Shown: piece after piece, positions 9,607 to 19,090 of the stretch
Layout of the letters: every line of letters begins with the position of its first letter
Numbering within the stretch: the stretch's first letter is position 1
Source: an uncultured Syntrophobacteraceae bacterium
GTDB lineage: Bacteria > Desulfobacterota > Binatia > UBA9968
Reading direction: 5' to 3'
Length of the DNA: 64,000 nt
Assembly: GCA_964410485.1 (NCBI GenBank)
Contig: CAYPHJ010000002.1
Span: forward strand, 1,311-65,310
The notes under the pieces: model-generated
Told to the model about the DNA's origin: nothing
The model's database searches: none
What the model saw: the letters and a program-made list of their open reading frames with translations, nothing else
Program-made: the position numbers and the translations under genes

Positions 9607-10632
9607 ATGGTGATAGACTTTCAGGCGCACGTATTTCCCGAAACATATATTGACGAGATGAAACGCCTGGACGGCGCAGTGGTTCTGGAACCGCCCGATC
9701 CGCACAGCGGCATGCAGTATTTTTACGACAAGAAGCTCGGGTGCCGCATCAATACGGCGACCTTTCAGGGACGCGACCTGGAGCGTCGCATCGAACATAT
9801 GGACCGGCTCGGCATCGATGTGCACGTGCTGACGATTCCTGCGCCGGGGGCGGATCGATTCGACGGTCAAGATGCCGTTCGGATTGCGCAAACGGCCAAT
9901 AACGCCATCGCCAGCATCTGCCGTAAGCATCCGCAACGTTTCGTCGGGTTTTTCACGCTGCCAACCGCCTCCGTAGAGGCCTCTTTGGAGGAGCTGGAAC
10001 GAGCAGTCAATGAATTGGGTTTGAAAGGATTTGGTTGTTTTTCGAATCTTAACGGCCAAGGGCTGGACCGCGAAGGGCTATTTCCGATCTATGAGCGATT
10101 GGCCAAGCACAAGTTGCCGGTCTATATCCATCCCACCGCGCCGCTCGCCAGCGAAGCGACACGGATCGACATCATGCCGACTTTGATCTTCGGCTGGGCA
10201 TTTGACAGTACGGTAGCCATGACGCGATTGGTTTACGGTAGAGTCCTGGAGCGATTTCCCGAAATCAACTTCGTTGTCGCCGATGTCGGTGGCGTGCTCG
10301 CCTTCTTTGCCCAACGCGCGGCCAATATCTATACCGGGCGTACCGAAGAAATCCGCCAGCGCTACGGTCTCAAGGAGAATCCGCTAGATTCGTTCAAACG
10401 GTTTTTCGTCGATACCGCCGACCATCCTTCGTCAACCTTGCGCTGTGTAAAGGAGTTCTTCGGCGTAGAGCGGCTTGTGCTGGGCACAAACTATCCCTAC
10501 GGACCAGAGGAGGGCTGTGTGCTGGTGAAAAACAGTTTGAAAGCAATTGAGGAGCTGGGCTTGAATCAGGAAGAAAGAAACAAGATCCTGGGCGGCAACG
10601 CAGCCGAGATTCTTGGGTTGGGAGGGTCATGA
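9607..10632 (+). CDS. Amidohydrolase-2 family protein (paralogue of 8432..9460)
   Basis: 341 aa. It carries 'VIDFQAHVFP' and 'LGTNYPYG' motifs. Confidence 0.8.
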   Translation: MVIDFQAHVFPETYIDEMKRLDGAVVLEPPDPHSGMQYFYDKKLGCRINTATFQGRDLERRIEHMDRLGIDVHVLTIPAPGADRFDGQDAVRIAQTANNAIASICRKHPQRFVGFFTLPTASVEASLEELERAVNELGLKGFGCFSNLNGQGLDREGLFPIYERLAKHKLPVYIHPTAPLASEATRIDIMPTLIFGWAFDSTVAMTRLVYGRVLERFPEINFVVADVGGVLAFFAQRAANIYTGRTEEIRQRYGLKENPLDSFKRFFVDTADHPSSTLRCVKEFFGVERLVLGTNYPYGPEEGCVLVKNSLKAIEELGLNQEERNKILGGNAAEILGLGGS

Positions 10633-12230
10633 ATTTCGTCAAATCAGCAAGACCGGTAGTGATGGGCGACAGAGGAATGGTCTCGGCGGGCCACTATCTT
10701 GGCGCTGTTGCAGGCGTGAAAGCATTGCAGGATGGCGGCAATGCGGTGGACGCGGCCCTGGCAGCGGCATTTGTCATGGCGGTCGTTAAACCGGAATCGT
10801 GCGGGCCCGGCGGCGATCTCTTTGCGCTGGTCTACATCAACAAAACCGGCAAGGTCGAAGCGATCAATGCCAGTGGTCCTGCACCAGGTAAGGCAACGAT
10901 CGAGTACTTCCGTGACAGGGGCTTGAGCCGCATACCCACGTCGGGGCCTCTCAGCGTTGCGGTTCCCGGCGCCGTTGATGGCTGGCTCGAACTGCACAAA
11001 AAGTACGGGACGCTGGATCTCAAGCGCCTCACAGCCGAGGCGATCCATTGCGCGCGTCATGGATTTCCGCTCCACCTCGAACTGGCGGAAGCGATCGAAG
11101 AATTCAGTCCCGAGTTTCCCTCGATCGAGCGCGTCTTTCGCCGACCTTTGGGCGCGGTGAGGCCCGGCAAGTTGGTGGCGCAACCAGGCTTGGCGGACGT
11201 CTTCGAGAACATGGCCGACAAGGGACGGCAGGGGTTCTATAGCGGCAAAACAGCCGAAACGATTTGCCAGGCTCTGGCAAGCGAAGGTGGAATCCTCGCG
11301 ATCGACGATTTGGAGGGAAATGTCGCGCGCTGGCTGGAGCCGCTCAACTCACTTTACCGAGGGTATGTGGTCTACGAGCAGCCGCCTGTATCTCAGGGTT
11401 TTATGGTTTTGGAGATGCTCAACATCGTAGAAGGCTGGCCATTAAAGAACCTCGACATGTCGCGTGCCGATGTTATCCACTGTCAAATCGGCGCCAAGAA
11501 GCTCGCCTTCGAAGACCGGATACGCTACCTCGAAGATCCTGATTTCGGCGATCCGAAGATTGCCATGCTGACCTCCAAGGAATATGCGGCAAAGAGACGC
11601 GCGCTGATCGATGATCAGGGGTGGCAACCACAGCCGACTCAGGCCGCTCTGGGTGGAGATACCACCTATCTCTGCGCGACCGATCGAGAGGGTAACGCGG
11701 TATCGCTGATCCAGAGCATCTTTGCCCCGTTCGGATCGCGCGTCATTGCCGGAGATACCGGAGTGATTATGAACAACCGGCTCTGCAGCTTTGGCCTGGA
11801 TCCCGGTAATGCCAACTCGCTCAAACCGGGGAAGCGGCCTGCCCACACGTTAAATACTTACATGGTCTTCAAAGATGGCCGTTTTTTTGCGGTCGGCGGC
11901 AGCCCTGGAGCCGATGATCAACCACAGACCAACCTCCAGGTACTTCACAATCTCCTCGACTTGGACATGGATCCTCAAGCAGCAGTTGAGGCGCCGCGTT
12001 GGAGCCATCTGCCAGGGACGCCGCCACGCGATCAGGAGCCTGAGCAATTGCGCGTGGAGGCGGGTTTTGACGCTCGGGTGGTGGAGGAGTTGCGTGAGAA
12101 GGGGCACAAAGTCTCCCTTGTCGATCGATGGTCCTTCGGCAGCGCCAAGCTCATTGTGCTCGAACCCGAGAGCGGCACCTGGATGGGGGGCGCCGATTCC
12201 CGGCGCGAGGGCTATGCGCTCGGCTGGTAA
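10629..12230 (+). CDS. ggt: Gamma-glutamyltransferase
   Basis: 533 aa. It has the autoprocessing nucleophile context 'GGDTTYLCATDREGNAVSLIQS' and 'GSPGADDQPQ'. The start overlaps the upstream stop codon. Confidence 0.9.
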   Translation: MNFVKSARPVVMGDRGMVSAGHYLGAVAGVKALQDGGNAVDAALAAAFVMAVVKPESCGPGGDLFALVYINKTGKVEAINASGPAPGKATIEYFRDRGLSRIPTSGPLSVAVPGAVDGWLELHKKYGTLDLKRLTAEAIHCARHGFPLHLELAEAIEEFSPEFPSIERVFRRPLGAVRPGKLVAQPGLADVFENMADKGRQGFYSGKTAETICQALASEGGILAIDDLEGNVARWLEPLNSLYRGYVVYEQPPVSQGFMVLEMLNIVEGWPLKNLDMSRADVIHCQIGAKKLAFEDRIRYLEDPDFGDPKIAMLTSKEYAAKRRALIDDQGWQPQPTQAALGGDTTYLCATDREGNAVSLIQSIFAPFGSRVIAGDTGVIMNNRLCSFGLDPGNANSLKPGKRPAHTLNTYMVFKDGRFFAVGGSPGADDQPQTNLQVLHNLLDLDMDPQAAVEAPRWSHLPGTPPRDQEPEQLRVEAGFDARVVEELREKGHKVSLVDRWSFGSAKLIVLEPESGTWMGGADSRREGYALGW

Positions 12231-12351
12231 GCGCTGTCGCGCTCGACGACCGAAGACCGACGCCGCCGCTCGGATCATGGTACGGAAAATTAGGACGATT
12301 CTCTTCTAGGATGTTGTCGGAGCATTTTGTTGGCACCGCCGGTGCCGTTTT

Positions 12352-12439
12352 GTCATTCTCGCGCAGGCGGGAATCCAGATTTTCCGCGTCTCTCCTGGAT
12401 CGGGGCTCTCGCGTGCGTCCGCCCGCTCGGCTGGATGAC
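12352..12439. repeat. MITE-like palindromic element, GTCATTC...GGAATCCAG type
   Basis: The left arm is GTCATTCTCGCGCAGGCGGGAATCCAG. The right arm's reverse complement is GTCATCCAGCCGAGCGGGCGGACGC...GATCCAGG. Confidence 0.7.
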
Positions 12440-12489
12440 CCTGAACGTATAGCAACGAACCACTAGATAGGACGCACGCCGTATCGCCA

Positions 12490-13545
12490 ATGAATGTTAG
12501 CCTGTTCACGGAGATTCAGTGCCCGGACGGCTCGTCTCCCGCACTGCGTCTGAGCGAATTTCTCGAGCAAGCGGTGCTTGCCGATACTCTTGGCTACCGC
12601 GGCTTTTGGATTGCGGAGATTCATTGCCAACCGCGCTTTTCGCTTCTCTCCGCGCCTTATGTTGTGCTGGGCGCCGCATCGCAAAAGACGCGCCGCTTAC
12701 GCCTGGGCGTGGCGGTTAACACGTTGCCGGTTCATCACCCGGTTCAATTGGCAGAAGAGGCGGCGCTGCTCGATGTCTTGAGCGGCGGGCGCATGGACTT
12801 TGCGGCCGGTGGTGGCCATCCGCACAGTCGCGTGTACGAATGTTTCGACATCAATCACAAGAGTACGCATGAGATGATGGAAGAAAGCCTGACGATCATC
12901 GGCAAAGCATGGCGTGAGGAAACTCTTACGTTTGCCGGCAGGTTTTATAATATTCCCGAGGTGGTGGTGAATCCAAAACCGGTGCAGAACCCGCCGCCGC
13001 CATTTCATATGGCGACCAGTTCGCTCGAGGGCGTGGAGGTCGGCGCGCGGCTGGGGCTTAATTTACTGTTGCCGATCCACACCCGCACACCCGAGCAAGT
13101 AAAGCAATTTGCCGGGGCCTATTGGAAGGGCCTGGAACAACACGGCCACCCTCGAGCGCGCCATGACTTGGGTTTACTAGTGCCTGTGCATCTCGCAAAA
13201 AAGTTGTCTGAAGCCAGACGCCGAGCCGAGGGTGGGATGATGAGCTACTTTAAAATCATTGCCGACATGCGTGCAAATTATATCGAATGGTTGGCCCGTC
13301 GCGGCGAAGCGCTGCCTGCGCGGCTTGGCCGGAGCGGAGCGGGGCTGCCAGTAAGTTATCAAACGGTATGTGCCGATCATGCGGTGATCGGCGATTCGGA
13401 GTTCGCGCGCGAGGCGCTGCAAGAACTGGCCGCAAGAACTGGAGCGGGCCACTTCATTGTTTGGATGAACATGGGTAACATGCCGCATGCGTTGATCATG
13501 GAATCGATGCGCCAGTTTGTCGAAGAAGTCATGCCACACTTATAA
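12490..13545 (+). CDS. LLM-class (luciferase-like) flavin-dependent oxidoreductase
   Basis: 351 aa. 'GFWIAEIH' and 'LDVLSGGRMDFAAGGG' are typical of bacterial luciferase-like monooxygenases. Confidence 0.8.
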   Translation: MNVSLFTEIQCPDGSSPALRLSEFLEQAVLADTLGYRGFWIAEIHCQPRFSLLSAPYVVLGAASQKTRRLRLGVAVNTLPVHHPVQLAEEAALLDVLSGGRMDFAAGGGHPHSRVYECFDINHKSTHEMMEESLTIIGKAWREETLTFAGRFYNIPEVVVNPKPVQNPPPPFHMATSSLEGVEVGARLGLNLLLPIHTRTPEQVKQFAGAYWKGLEQHGHPRARHDLGLLVPVHLAKKLSEARRRAEGGMMSYFKIIADMRANYIEWLARRGEALPARLGRSGAGLPVSYQTVCADHAVIGDSEFAREALQELAARTGAGHFIVWMNMGNMPHALIMESMRQFVEEVMPHL

Positions 13546-13548
13546 CAC

Positions 13549-13624
13549 GGAGTAATGGAAGTATTGGAGTATTGCTTTAAAGCCCAGCACCCATTACTCC
13601 ATCACTCCAATACTCCATTACTCC
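13549..13624. repeat. Unit-array hairpin, GGAGTA/TACTCC family
   Basis: The arms are GGAGTAAT GGAAGTATT GGAGTATT and, after a loop, CATTACTCC ATCACTCC AATACTCC ATTACTCC. Confidence 0.85.
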
Positions 13625-13648
13625 CTAAATACTTGGAGGCGTTAGACC

Positions 13649-14002
13649 ATGGAAGAGTTAACCGAACAGAGATGTGAAGCCTGTCGTGTCGGCGCGCCGG
13701 CTGTGAGCGACGAAGAGAGAAAGCAACTGCAGCCGCAAGTCCCCGAGTGGCAGATCATCAACGAGGATGGTATTCCCAAACTCGACCGATCCTTTCGCTT
13801 CAAAAATTTCCGGGACGCCATTGCATTCACGGATGAAGTCGCAGCAGCGGCGGAAGTGGAAGGGCACCATCCGCGCATCACTACCGAATGGGGCAAGGTC
13901 GCTGTTACCTGGTGGACACACAAGATCCGCAATCTACACAAGAATGATTTCATTATGGCGGCAAAGACCGATCGGCTGTATCACAAATATTCGCAGAACT
14001 AG
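13649..14002 (+). CDS. phhB: 4a-hydroxytetrahydrobiopterin (pterin-4-alpha-carbinolamine) dehydratase
   Basis: 117 aa. 'EGHHPRITTEWGKVAVTWWTH' is the PCD signature. Confidence 0.9.
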   Translation: MEELTEQRCEACRVGAPAVSDEERKQLQPQVPEWQIINEDGIPKLDRSFRFKNFRDAIAFTDEVAAAAEVEGHHPRITTEWGKVAVTWWTHKIRNLHKNDFIMAAKTDRLYHKYSQN

Positions 14003-14012
14003 CCGAAGAGAC

Positions 14013-14046
14013 GGAGTGTTGGAGTCATGGAGTCCTGGAGTATTGG
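14013..14046. repeat. Half-array of the GGAGT family (GGAGTGTT GGAGTCAT GGAGTCCT GGAGTATT GG)
   Basis: Four 8-nt units in one orientation only, directly after the phhB stop codon. Confidence 0.8.
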
Positions 14047-14179
14047 TCTAAACGCCATCGCTCCGAGGTCGTGTCTTCGCGCGCAGCGAAGCACCTGCTT
14101 TGGTCTTGGGTATTTCCTCGCCCTGTGGGGGGGTGAGGGCAGAAAGGGTGACAGAAGAGAATTTGTCAAGGAGGGTTAC

Positions 14180-15229
14180 ATGTTGAGGGCAGCTTTTCGA
14201 TTGACGGTCAGTTTTTTAATGATGGTTTTGATCATCGCTATCACTGCCGTGGGTACGAGTCACGCCGCGGCGGACGACGGGTTTTACAAGGGCAAGAGCA
14301 TGAGAATGATTGTCGCCTTCTCGCCAGGCGGCGGTTTTGACACCTACACCCGCGCCATCGCGCGGCACATGGGCAAACACATTCCTGGCAATCCCTCCAT
14401 TATTGTCGAAAACATGACCGGAGCGGGCGGCTTCATTCATGCGAACTATATGTATCAACAAGCGCGACCCGACGGTCTTACCATCGGCAACAATATCGGC
14501 GGTTTGACCTTGCAGCAGATCATGGGCGCCAAAGGAGCCAAATTCGACGGCAGAAAATTTGAATATCTCGGGGCTCCAAGCGTCGACAATCCGGTCTGCG
14601 CGCTGACCAAAGCAAGCGGGATCACCAATATGGAGCAATGGTTTGCGGCGAAAGAGCCTATCAGGTTGGGCGGCGTCGGCGCAGGTGGAACCGCGTCAGA
14701 TGTGGCTCGAACAATTCAGGCGGCTTTGAAGCTCCCAATCCGATTGGTCGAGCCTTACAAAGGGACTGCAGATATCAAACTTGCTGCGGAAGGCGGCGAG
14801 CTGGCTGGTGGATGCTGGGCATGGGAATCGATCAAAGTCATGTGGTCCAAGGCCATCGAGGCGGGCGATCTCAACGTTGTTCTCATGGTAATGCCCAAAA
14901 AACATCCCGAGTTGCCGCAGGTCCCACTGGCAATCGATTATGCCAAAACCGAAGACGCGCGCCGCCTGCTGAGGTATGGCGTTCACGACATCGCAACCAT
15001 TACCCGCCTGTATTTTACTCCGCCGGGAACGCCTAAAGACCGGATGGCGATTTTACGTACGGCTTTTGCCGATACTCTGAAAGATCCGGAGTTCCTCGCC
15101 GATGCCAAAAAGTCGAGGCTCGATATTGATCCTGTAAGCGGCGAAGAGATGACGAGAGTGGTGCATGACCTCTACAAGATCGAGCCGGCACTGCTCGCCC
15201 GGCTAAAAGAAGTGTTGTTGCCGAAATAG
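14180..15229 (+). CDS. Tripartite tricarboxylate transporter (Bug/TctC family) substrate-binding protein
   Basis: The start is re-set to the ATG at 14180 (GGAGGG RBS, signal peptide 'MLRAAFRLTVSFLMMVLIIAITAVGTSHA'). 'MIVAFSPGGGFDTYTRAIARHM' is Bug-like. The ORF-track start at 14027 runs into the repeat. Confidence 0.85.
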   Translation: MLRAAFRLTVSFLMMVLIIAITAVGTSHAAADDGFYKGKSMRMIVAFSPGGGFDTYTRAIARHMGKHIPGNPSIIVENMTGAGGFIHANYMYQQARPDGLTIGNNIGGLTLQQIMGAKGAKFDGRKFEYLGAPSVDNPVCALTKASGITNMEQWFAAKEPIRLGGVGAGGTASDVARTIQAALKLPIRLVEPYKGTADIKLAAEGGELAGGCWAWESIKVMWSKAIEAGDLNVVLMVMPKKHPELPQVPLAIDYAKTEDARRLLRYGVHDIATITRLYFTPPGTPKDRMAILRTAFADTLKDPEFLADAKKSRLDIDPVSGEEMTRVVHDLYKIEPALLARLKEVLLPK

Positions 15230-15307
15230 GCGGTTGCTAGGCAATCCATCGTCGCGCGTGTCATCGATCAGCGTGCGGGCGATCTTGTAGGATCTCATGA
15301 GGTAAGA

Positions 15308-16642
15308 ATGTGTAGCGCAAGTATTCGACTCTTGCTGTTGTTGCCGTTCGCTCTGCTCGCACCGGCTAACCCGGCCACGGCAAATCTAACGCCAGTCAAA
15401 TGGCAAGAGAAAATCGTAGTTGCCTCGGGTGGTGGATACCAAGGGCCGTGGCGCATGAATGAGTCGGACTGGCGCTACGTGGACGATCCCACCGTCGCCA
15501 TCAACGATGCGGGCGCTATTGCAGTTGCCTGGGCTGACCAGGCGCGGAAAGATATTTTTCTCCAGGTTTACGAGGCCAATGGAAAGCAGCGATTTGATCA
15601 CCCAGTGAACGTCTCCAGAAGCCCGCGCGTTTTTTCCTGGCTGCCGCGCGTGCATATCATGTCAGGCAGCGCAAGCGAGATCTATGTCCTCTGGCAGGAG
15701 ATCGTTTTCTCCGGTGGAACTCATGGTGGCGAGATCTTCTTCGCGCGCTCGGCCGACGGCGGAAAAACCTTCAGTGTTCCGATCAACCTATCAAACACGA
15801 CTGCCGGTGCCGGCAAGGGACGCCTTACCAGACGCCACTGGCACAACGGCAGCCTCGATCTCGCCATCGGGCCTGCGGGCGAAGTCTACGCCGCGTGGAC
15901 GGAATATGAAGGCGCCTTGCGTTTTAGCCGGTCGAGTGATGGGGGCCGAAGCTTTGCGGATCCGGTACATGTTGCGGGAGACGACGCGGTTCCGGCACGC
16001 AGCCCCGCGCTGGCGGTTGATGCAAATGGCACGGTGTATCTTGCCTGGACGGTGGGTGAAAGCAGGACCGCCGATATTCACTTTGCCAAGTCACCCGACG
16101 CTGGGCGGTCATTTGATGGGCCGCGAGTCGTCTTCAAAAGCGGCGGGCACTCCGATGCGCCAAAAATCGCCGTGGATTCCGAAGGCACGGTTCATCTTGT
16201 TTTTGCCGAGAGTCCTGCCGGACCGTTCGAGCGCTATCATATCAGCTACACCCGCTCGACCGATAGCGGGCGTCAATTCGAACAACCGCGGGAGATTTCG
16301 AATGGGCACACGGAAAAATTCGACAGTGTGAGTTTTCCCTCACTTGCGTTTTCTGGCGCAGACAAGATGTACGCAATCTGGGAGCTATTCCCTAGTCGCC
16401 GCGAGTTTCCCCGAGGACTTGGTTTCACCTATTCAAGTGATGGCGGGAAGAGTTTCGGGGCGCCTGCTACCATTCCCGGCAGTGCCGATCCCGCATTTGG
16501 CTTCAATGGTAGCCGTCAAGGCTTTTTGATGCGTAAGCTCGCCGTTAACCGTAGTGGAACGCTCGCCGTCGTCAACAGCTCGTTCAAATGGAACAAAGCC
16601 AGCCGCATCTGGCTCTTCCGCGCGCACACGGGCGCACCCTAG
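15308..16642 (+). CDS. Secreted BNR/Asp-box repeat (sialidase-fold) protein
   Basis: It has a signal peptide and five SxDxGxxF Asp-boxes: 'SADGGKTF', 'SSDGGRSF', 'SPDAGRSF', 'STDSGRQF', 'SSDGGKSF'. Confidence 0.85.
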   Translation: MCSASIRLLLLLPFALLAPANPATANLTPVKWQEKIVVASGGGYQGPWRMNESDWRYVDDPTVAINDAGAIAVAWADQARKDIFLQVYEANGKQRFDHPVNVSRSPRVFSWLPRVHIMSGSASEIYVLWQEIVFSGGTHGGEIFFARSADGGKTFSVPINLSNTTAGAGKGRLTRRHWHNGSLDLAIGPAGEVYAAWTEYEGALRFSRSSDGGRSFADPVHVAGDDAVPARSPALAVDANGTVYLAWTVGESRTADIHFAKSPDAGRSFDGPRVVFKSGGHSDAPKIAVDSEGTVHLVFAESPAGPFERYHISYTRSTDSGRQFEQPREISNGHTEKFDSVSFPSLAFSGADKMYAIWELFPSRREFPRGLGFTYSSDGGKSFGAPATIPGSADPAFGFNGSRQGFLMRKLAVNRSGTLAVVNSSFKWNKASRIWLFRAHTGAP

Positions 16643-16751
16643 AGGCTCTGCGCAATTTAGCCATTTCCAATCGACAGCTCTTACCAGCGTTGAACACCCC
16701 ATGTCCGGCTTGCACAGAAGGAAGCCGCAGGGAGGAAATCCGCGAATCGTT

Positions 16752-16814
16752 GGAGCGAAGCGAATGCACTCGAAATGTAGAGAAAAGCAGATCCCTCGTT
16801 TCGCTCGGGATGAC
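16752..16814. repeat. Degenerate copy of the GTCATCC...GATCTG element (clear right arm CAGATCCCTCGTTTCGCTCGGGATGAC)
   Basis: The right arm matches the arms at 23849..23941 and 40100..40200. The left arm is eroded (GGAGCGAAGCGAATG). Confidence 0.6.
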
Positions 16815-16886
16815 ACAGAGGGGAGTCAGGATGACAGGTCGGGAGAAGGTCGGAATCTTTGTTAAAGGGGGGTTCACCCAGTACAT

Positions 16887-18515
16887 TTATTTGGCTATTT
16901 GATCCAGAACGATGTCGGCGTTCTTTGCGCCGACTTCCACCGGCTGTTTCGACCCACCGGATAAGTCTCCTGGGTCACGCGTCATGGCGTCGCCGTCTTT
17001 GTCGAGACGCGCGCTGATGAGCAGTTTGCCGCTGAACGGAGTTCCCTGGATCATGACATTTTCAGGGCCGAGGGAATAGGATAGTGGAAAACTTGGTGTA
17101 TCGATTCTTTTCACGGCCAATGGCGGTCCGCCGGATCCTCCGGCAGGGCGCGCGATGATGAACAATGTCGCTTGCTTGTCCACTTTCCCCTGGAGCTTTG
17201 GATCGACGCGAATCGTGCCGCTGATTTGCGCCCCCGCAGATGGTGCGGGTGCCGGCGACGCACTCTGAGAAATTTCGGCAAGCGCTTTTTCCACTTCGCT
17301 GCGCTCTTGACCCGGCGGTAGCAAGGCCGCGAGTTTTTCCAGGGTTTGCCGGGCTCCTGTTGCATCCTGCTTGGCTTGGTACAACGTCATGCCCTTGCCC
17401 CAGAGAGCCATCGGGAGATCCGGCGCGATAGCAAGTGCTCTGTCGAAAGCCATCAGCGCACCCTCTGCATGCCCTGCCTGAACCAGGATGTATCCCATGT
17501 AGGTGTGGGCCTCGGGCTCGTTGGGGTCCAGGGTGAGAACCCTCTTGAAAGCCTCAATGGCCTTGGGCCAGTCTTGCTGTGCGAAAGCGGCCTTGCCGTC
17601 GTTTAAAGACGATTGAACGTCGCGGCGCGGGCTGGTGCCGGTGAGAAAATCTCCGGTGATCGAGTCGCTTTCGGATAGTCGGGGGCGAAGGGAGCCCGTC
17701 AACGCGATACCCAGCGTCAAACCGAAGAGCAGCAGGAAGGCTCCTCCCGTTGCAAGCTTCCAACCGCGAATCGGTTTGTGGGCTGGCGAAGGGGCCACGG
17801 CCCGTTGGGTCTTCTCCGGTTGTGTTTTTAAATTGAGCCCTGCGCCGGGCTCAGGACCAACGGCTGGCGGCTCGGCCACCACAGTTCGGTCAGACTCTTC
17901 CAGCAGCCTTGCTGCTTTCAGTTCTATCTCGCGGCGCAAATCATGAAAGTCTTCCTCAGACAGTTTGCCCGCCTGATAGTCGAATTGAAGCTCGCTCAAG
18001 TCGGCATAGAGCCGCGCACGTTCGCGCGCCAATGGCGAGCGTGGCTCGGAATCGTCCGGTTCCATAGCTTGCTCGGACAACATCTCACTTTGGACGCGGG
18101 CGAGTAAGGCCGGATCAACCGTACGATCGTCGACCTTTTGTTTGCGCCGCGCCCAGTGCCAGGCTAGCCCAATGGCGACTGCCAGCCCTGCCACCAGAGC
18201 GACAAAGGGAAGGACCCAAAGCAAAAGACTGAACCCTTTTGGCGTCGGCGCGAGCAGCACCCATTCCCCATACCTTGAAACGAAGTAGCTTCTCACTTCG
18301 TCGGGCGTTTTTCCTGCTGCGAGTTGGTCGCGCACAATGGCGCGCATCTGCTGCGCCATCTCCGACGGAGAGTCAGCGACAGACAAGTTCTGACACACCA
18401 CACAGCGCAACTCGCTGGCAATAACGCGGGTCTTTTCTTCGAGTTCATCGCCGCTCAACGCCCACAGCGGAGTGGCCACGAACAGGACAACAAAAACGAT
18501 CAAGCGGGCAAACAT
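16887..18515 (-). CDS. ccmH: Cytochrome c maturation protein CcmH fused to CcmI-like TPR and C-terminal domain
   Basis: The start is re-set to the ATG at 18515, 4 nt after the ccmG stop codon. It has a signal/TM segment and the 'LRCVVCQNLSVADS' CcmH motif, then a TM segment, a TPR region ('EAHTYMGYILVQAGHAEGAL') and a CcmI-type C-terminal domain. Confidence 0.9.
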   Translation of the reverse strand: MFARLIVFVVLFVATPLWALSGDELEEKTRVIASELRCVVCQNLSVADSPSEMAQQMRAIVRDQLAAGKTPDEVRSYFVSRYGEWVLLAPTPKGFSLLLWVLPFVALVAGLAVAIGLAWHWARRKQKVDDRTVDPALLARVQSEMLSEQAMEPDDSEPRSPLARERARLYADLSELQFDYQAGKLSEEDFHDLRREIELKAARLLEESDRTVVAEPPAVGPEPGAGLNLKTQPEKTQRAVAPSPAHKPIRGWKLATGGAFLLLFGLTLGIALTGSLRPRLSESDSITGDFLTGTSPRRDVQSSLNDGKAAFAQQDWPKAIEAFKRVLTLDPNEPEAHTYMGYILVQAGHAEGALMAFDRALAIAPDLPMALWGKGMTLYQAKQDATGARQTLEKLAALLPPGQERSEVEKALAEISQSASPAPAPSAGAQISGTIRVDPKLQGKVDKQATLFIIARPAGGSGGPPLAVKRIDTPSFPLSYSLGPENVMIQGTPFSGKLLISARLDKDGDAMTRDPGDLSGGSKQPVEVGAKNADIVLDQIAK

Positions 18516-18519
18516 AAAA

Positions 18520-19089
18520 TCACCGTATGGGCTGATAGTTTTTTCGCCCTTCTCTCGCGCTGACAATCCCCCGCGCCGCCTCTTCGAGTTTGGCGATCAC
18601 GGTTGCCGAACCAATGGCGCCCACGTGCTTGTATGTGATTCGCCCTTGCGGATCTATGAAGAAACTCTCCGGGATACCCCACACGCCGTATTCCACAGCG
18701 ATCGTTCCGCTCTCGTCTCTGCCGTTAGGATAGGTAATCCCGAACTCTTCGAGGAACCCCTTCGACGCTTTTTCCGTGTCCTGAAGCGCCACTCCGATGA
18801 AAATCACATGATCCTTGCCTTTGACTTTTTGCCACGCCGCTTCCAGGTCCCTTGCTTCGGCGCGGCACGGAGCGCACCAGGAGGCCCAGAAATTTAGAAA
18901 GACAGCTTTGCCGCGCAGGCCCTCGAGCGTTACCGTCTCGCCATTGAAAAGCGTGACTGTAAACGGCGCTGCCGGCTTGGCCACCAGCGGCGACGCGATA
19001 TAACGGGCATCGCGGCTGAAGCCAAACGCCAGCAACCAGAGAATCGGCGCGACGATGAGGACCACAATAGCCAGACGGCGCCAGGCCAT
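18520..19089 (-). CDS. ccmG: Thiol:disulfide oxidoreductase CcmG/DsbE
   Basis: 189 aa with an N-terminal TM anchor, 'WASWCAPC' and the '[12 protein letters not shown]' TlpA/DsbE signature. Confidence 0.93.
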   Translation of the reverse strand: MAWRRLAIVVLIVAPILWLLAFGFSRDARYIASPLVAKPAAPFTVTLFNGETVTLEGLRGKAVFLNFWASWCAPCRAEARDLEAAWQKVKGKDHVIFIGVALQDTEKASKGFLEEFGITYPNGRDESGTIAVEYGVWGIPESFFIDPQGRITYKHVGAIGSATVIAKLEEAARGIVSAREGRKNYQPIR

Positions 19090-19090
19090 T

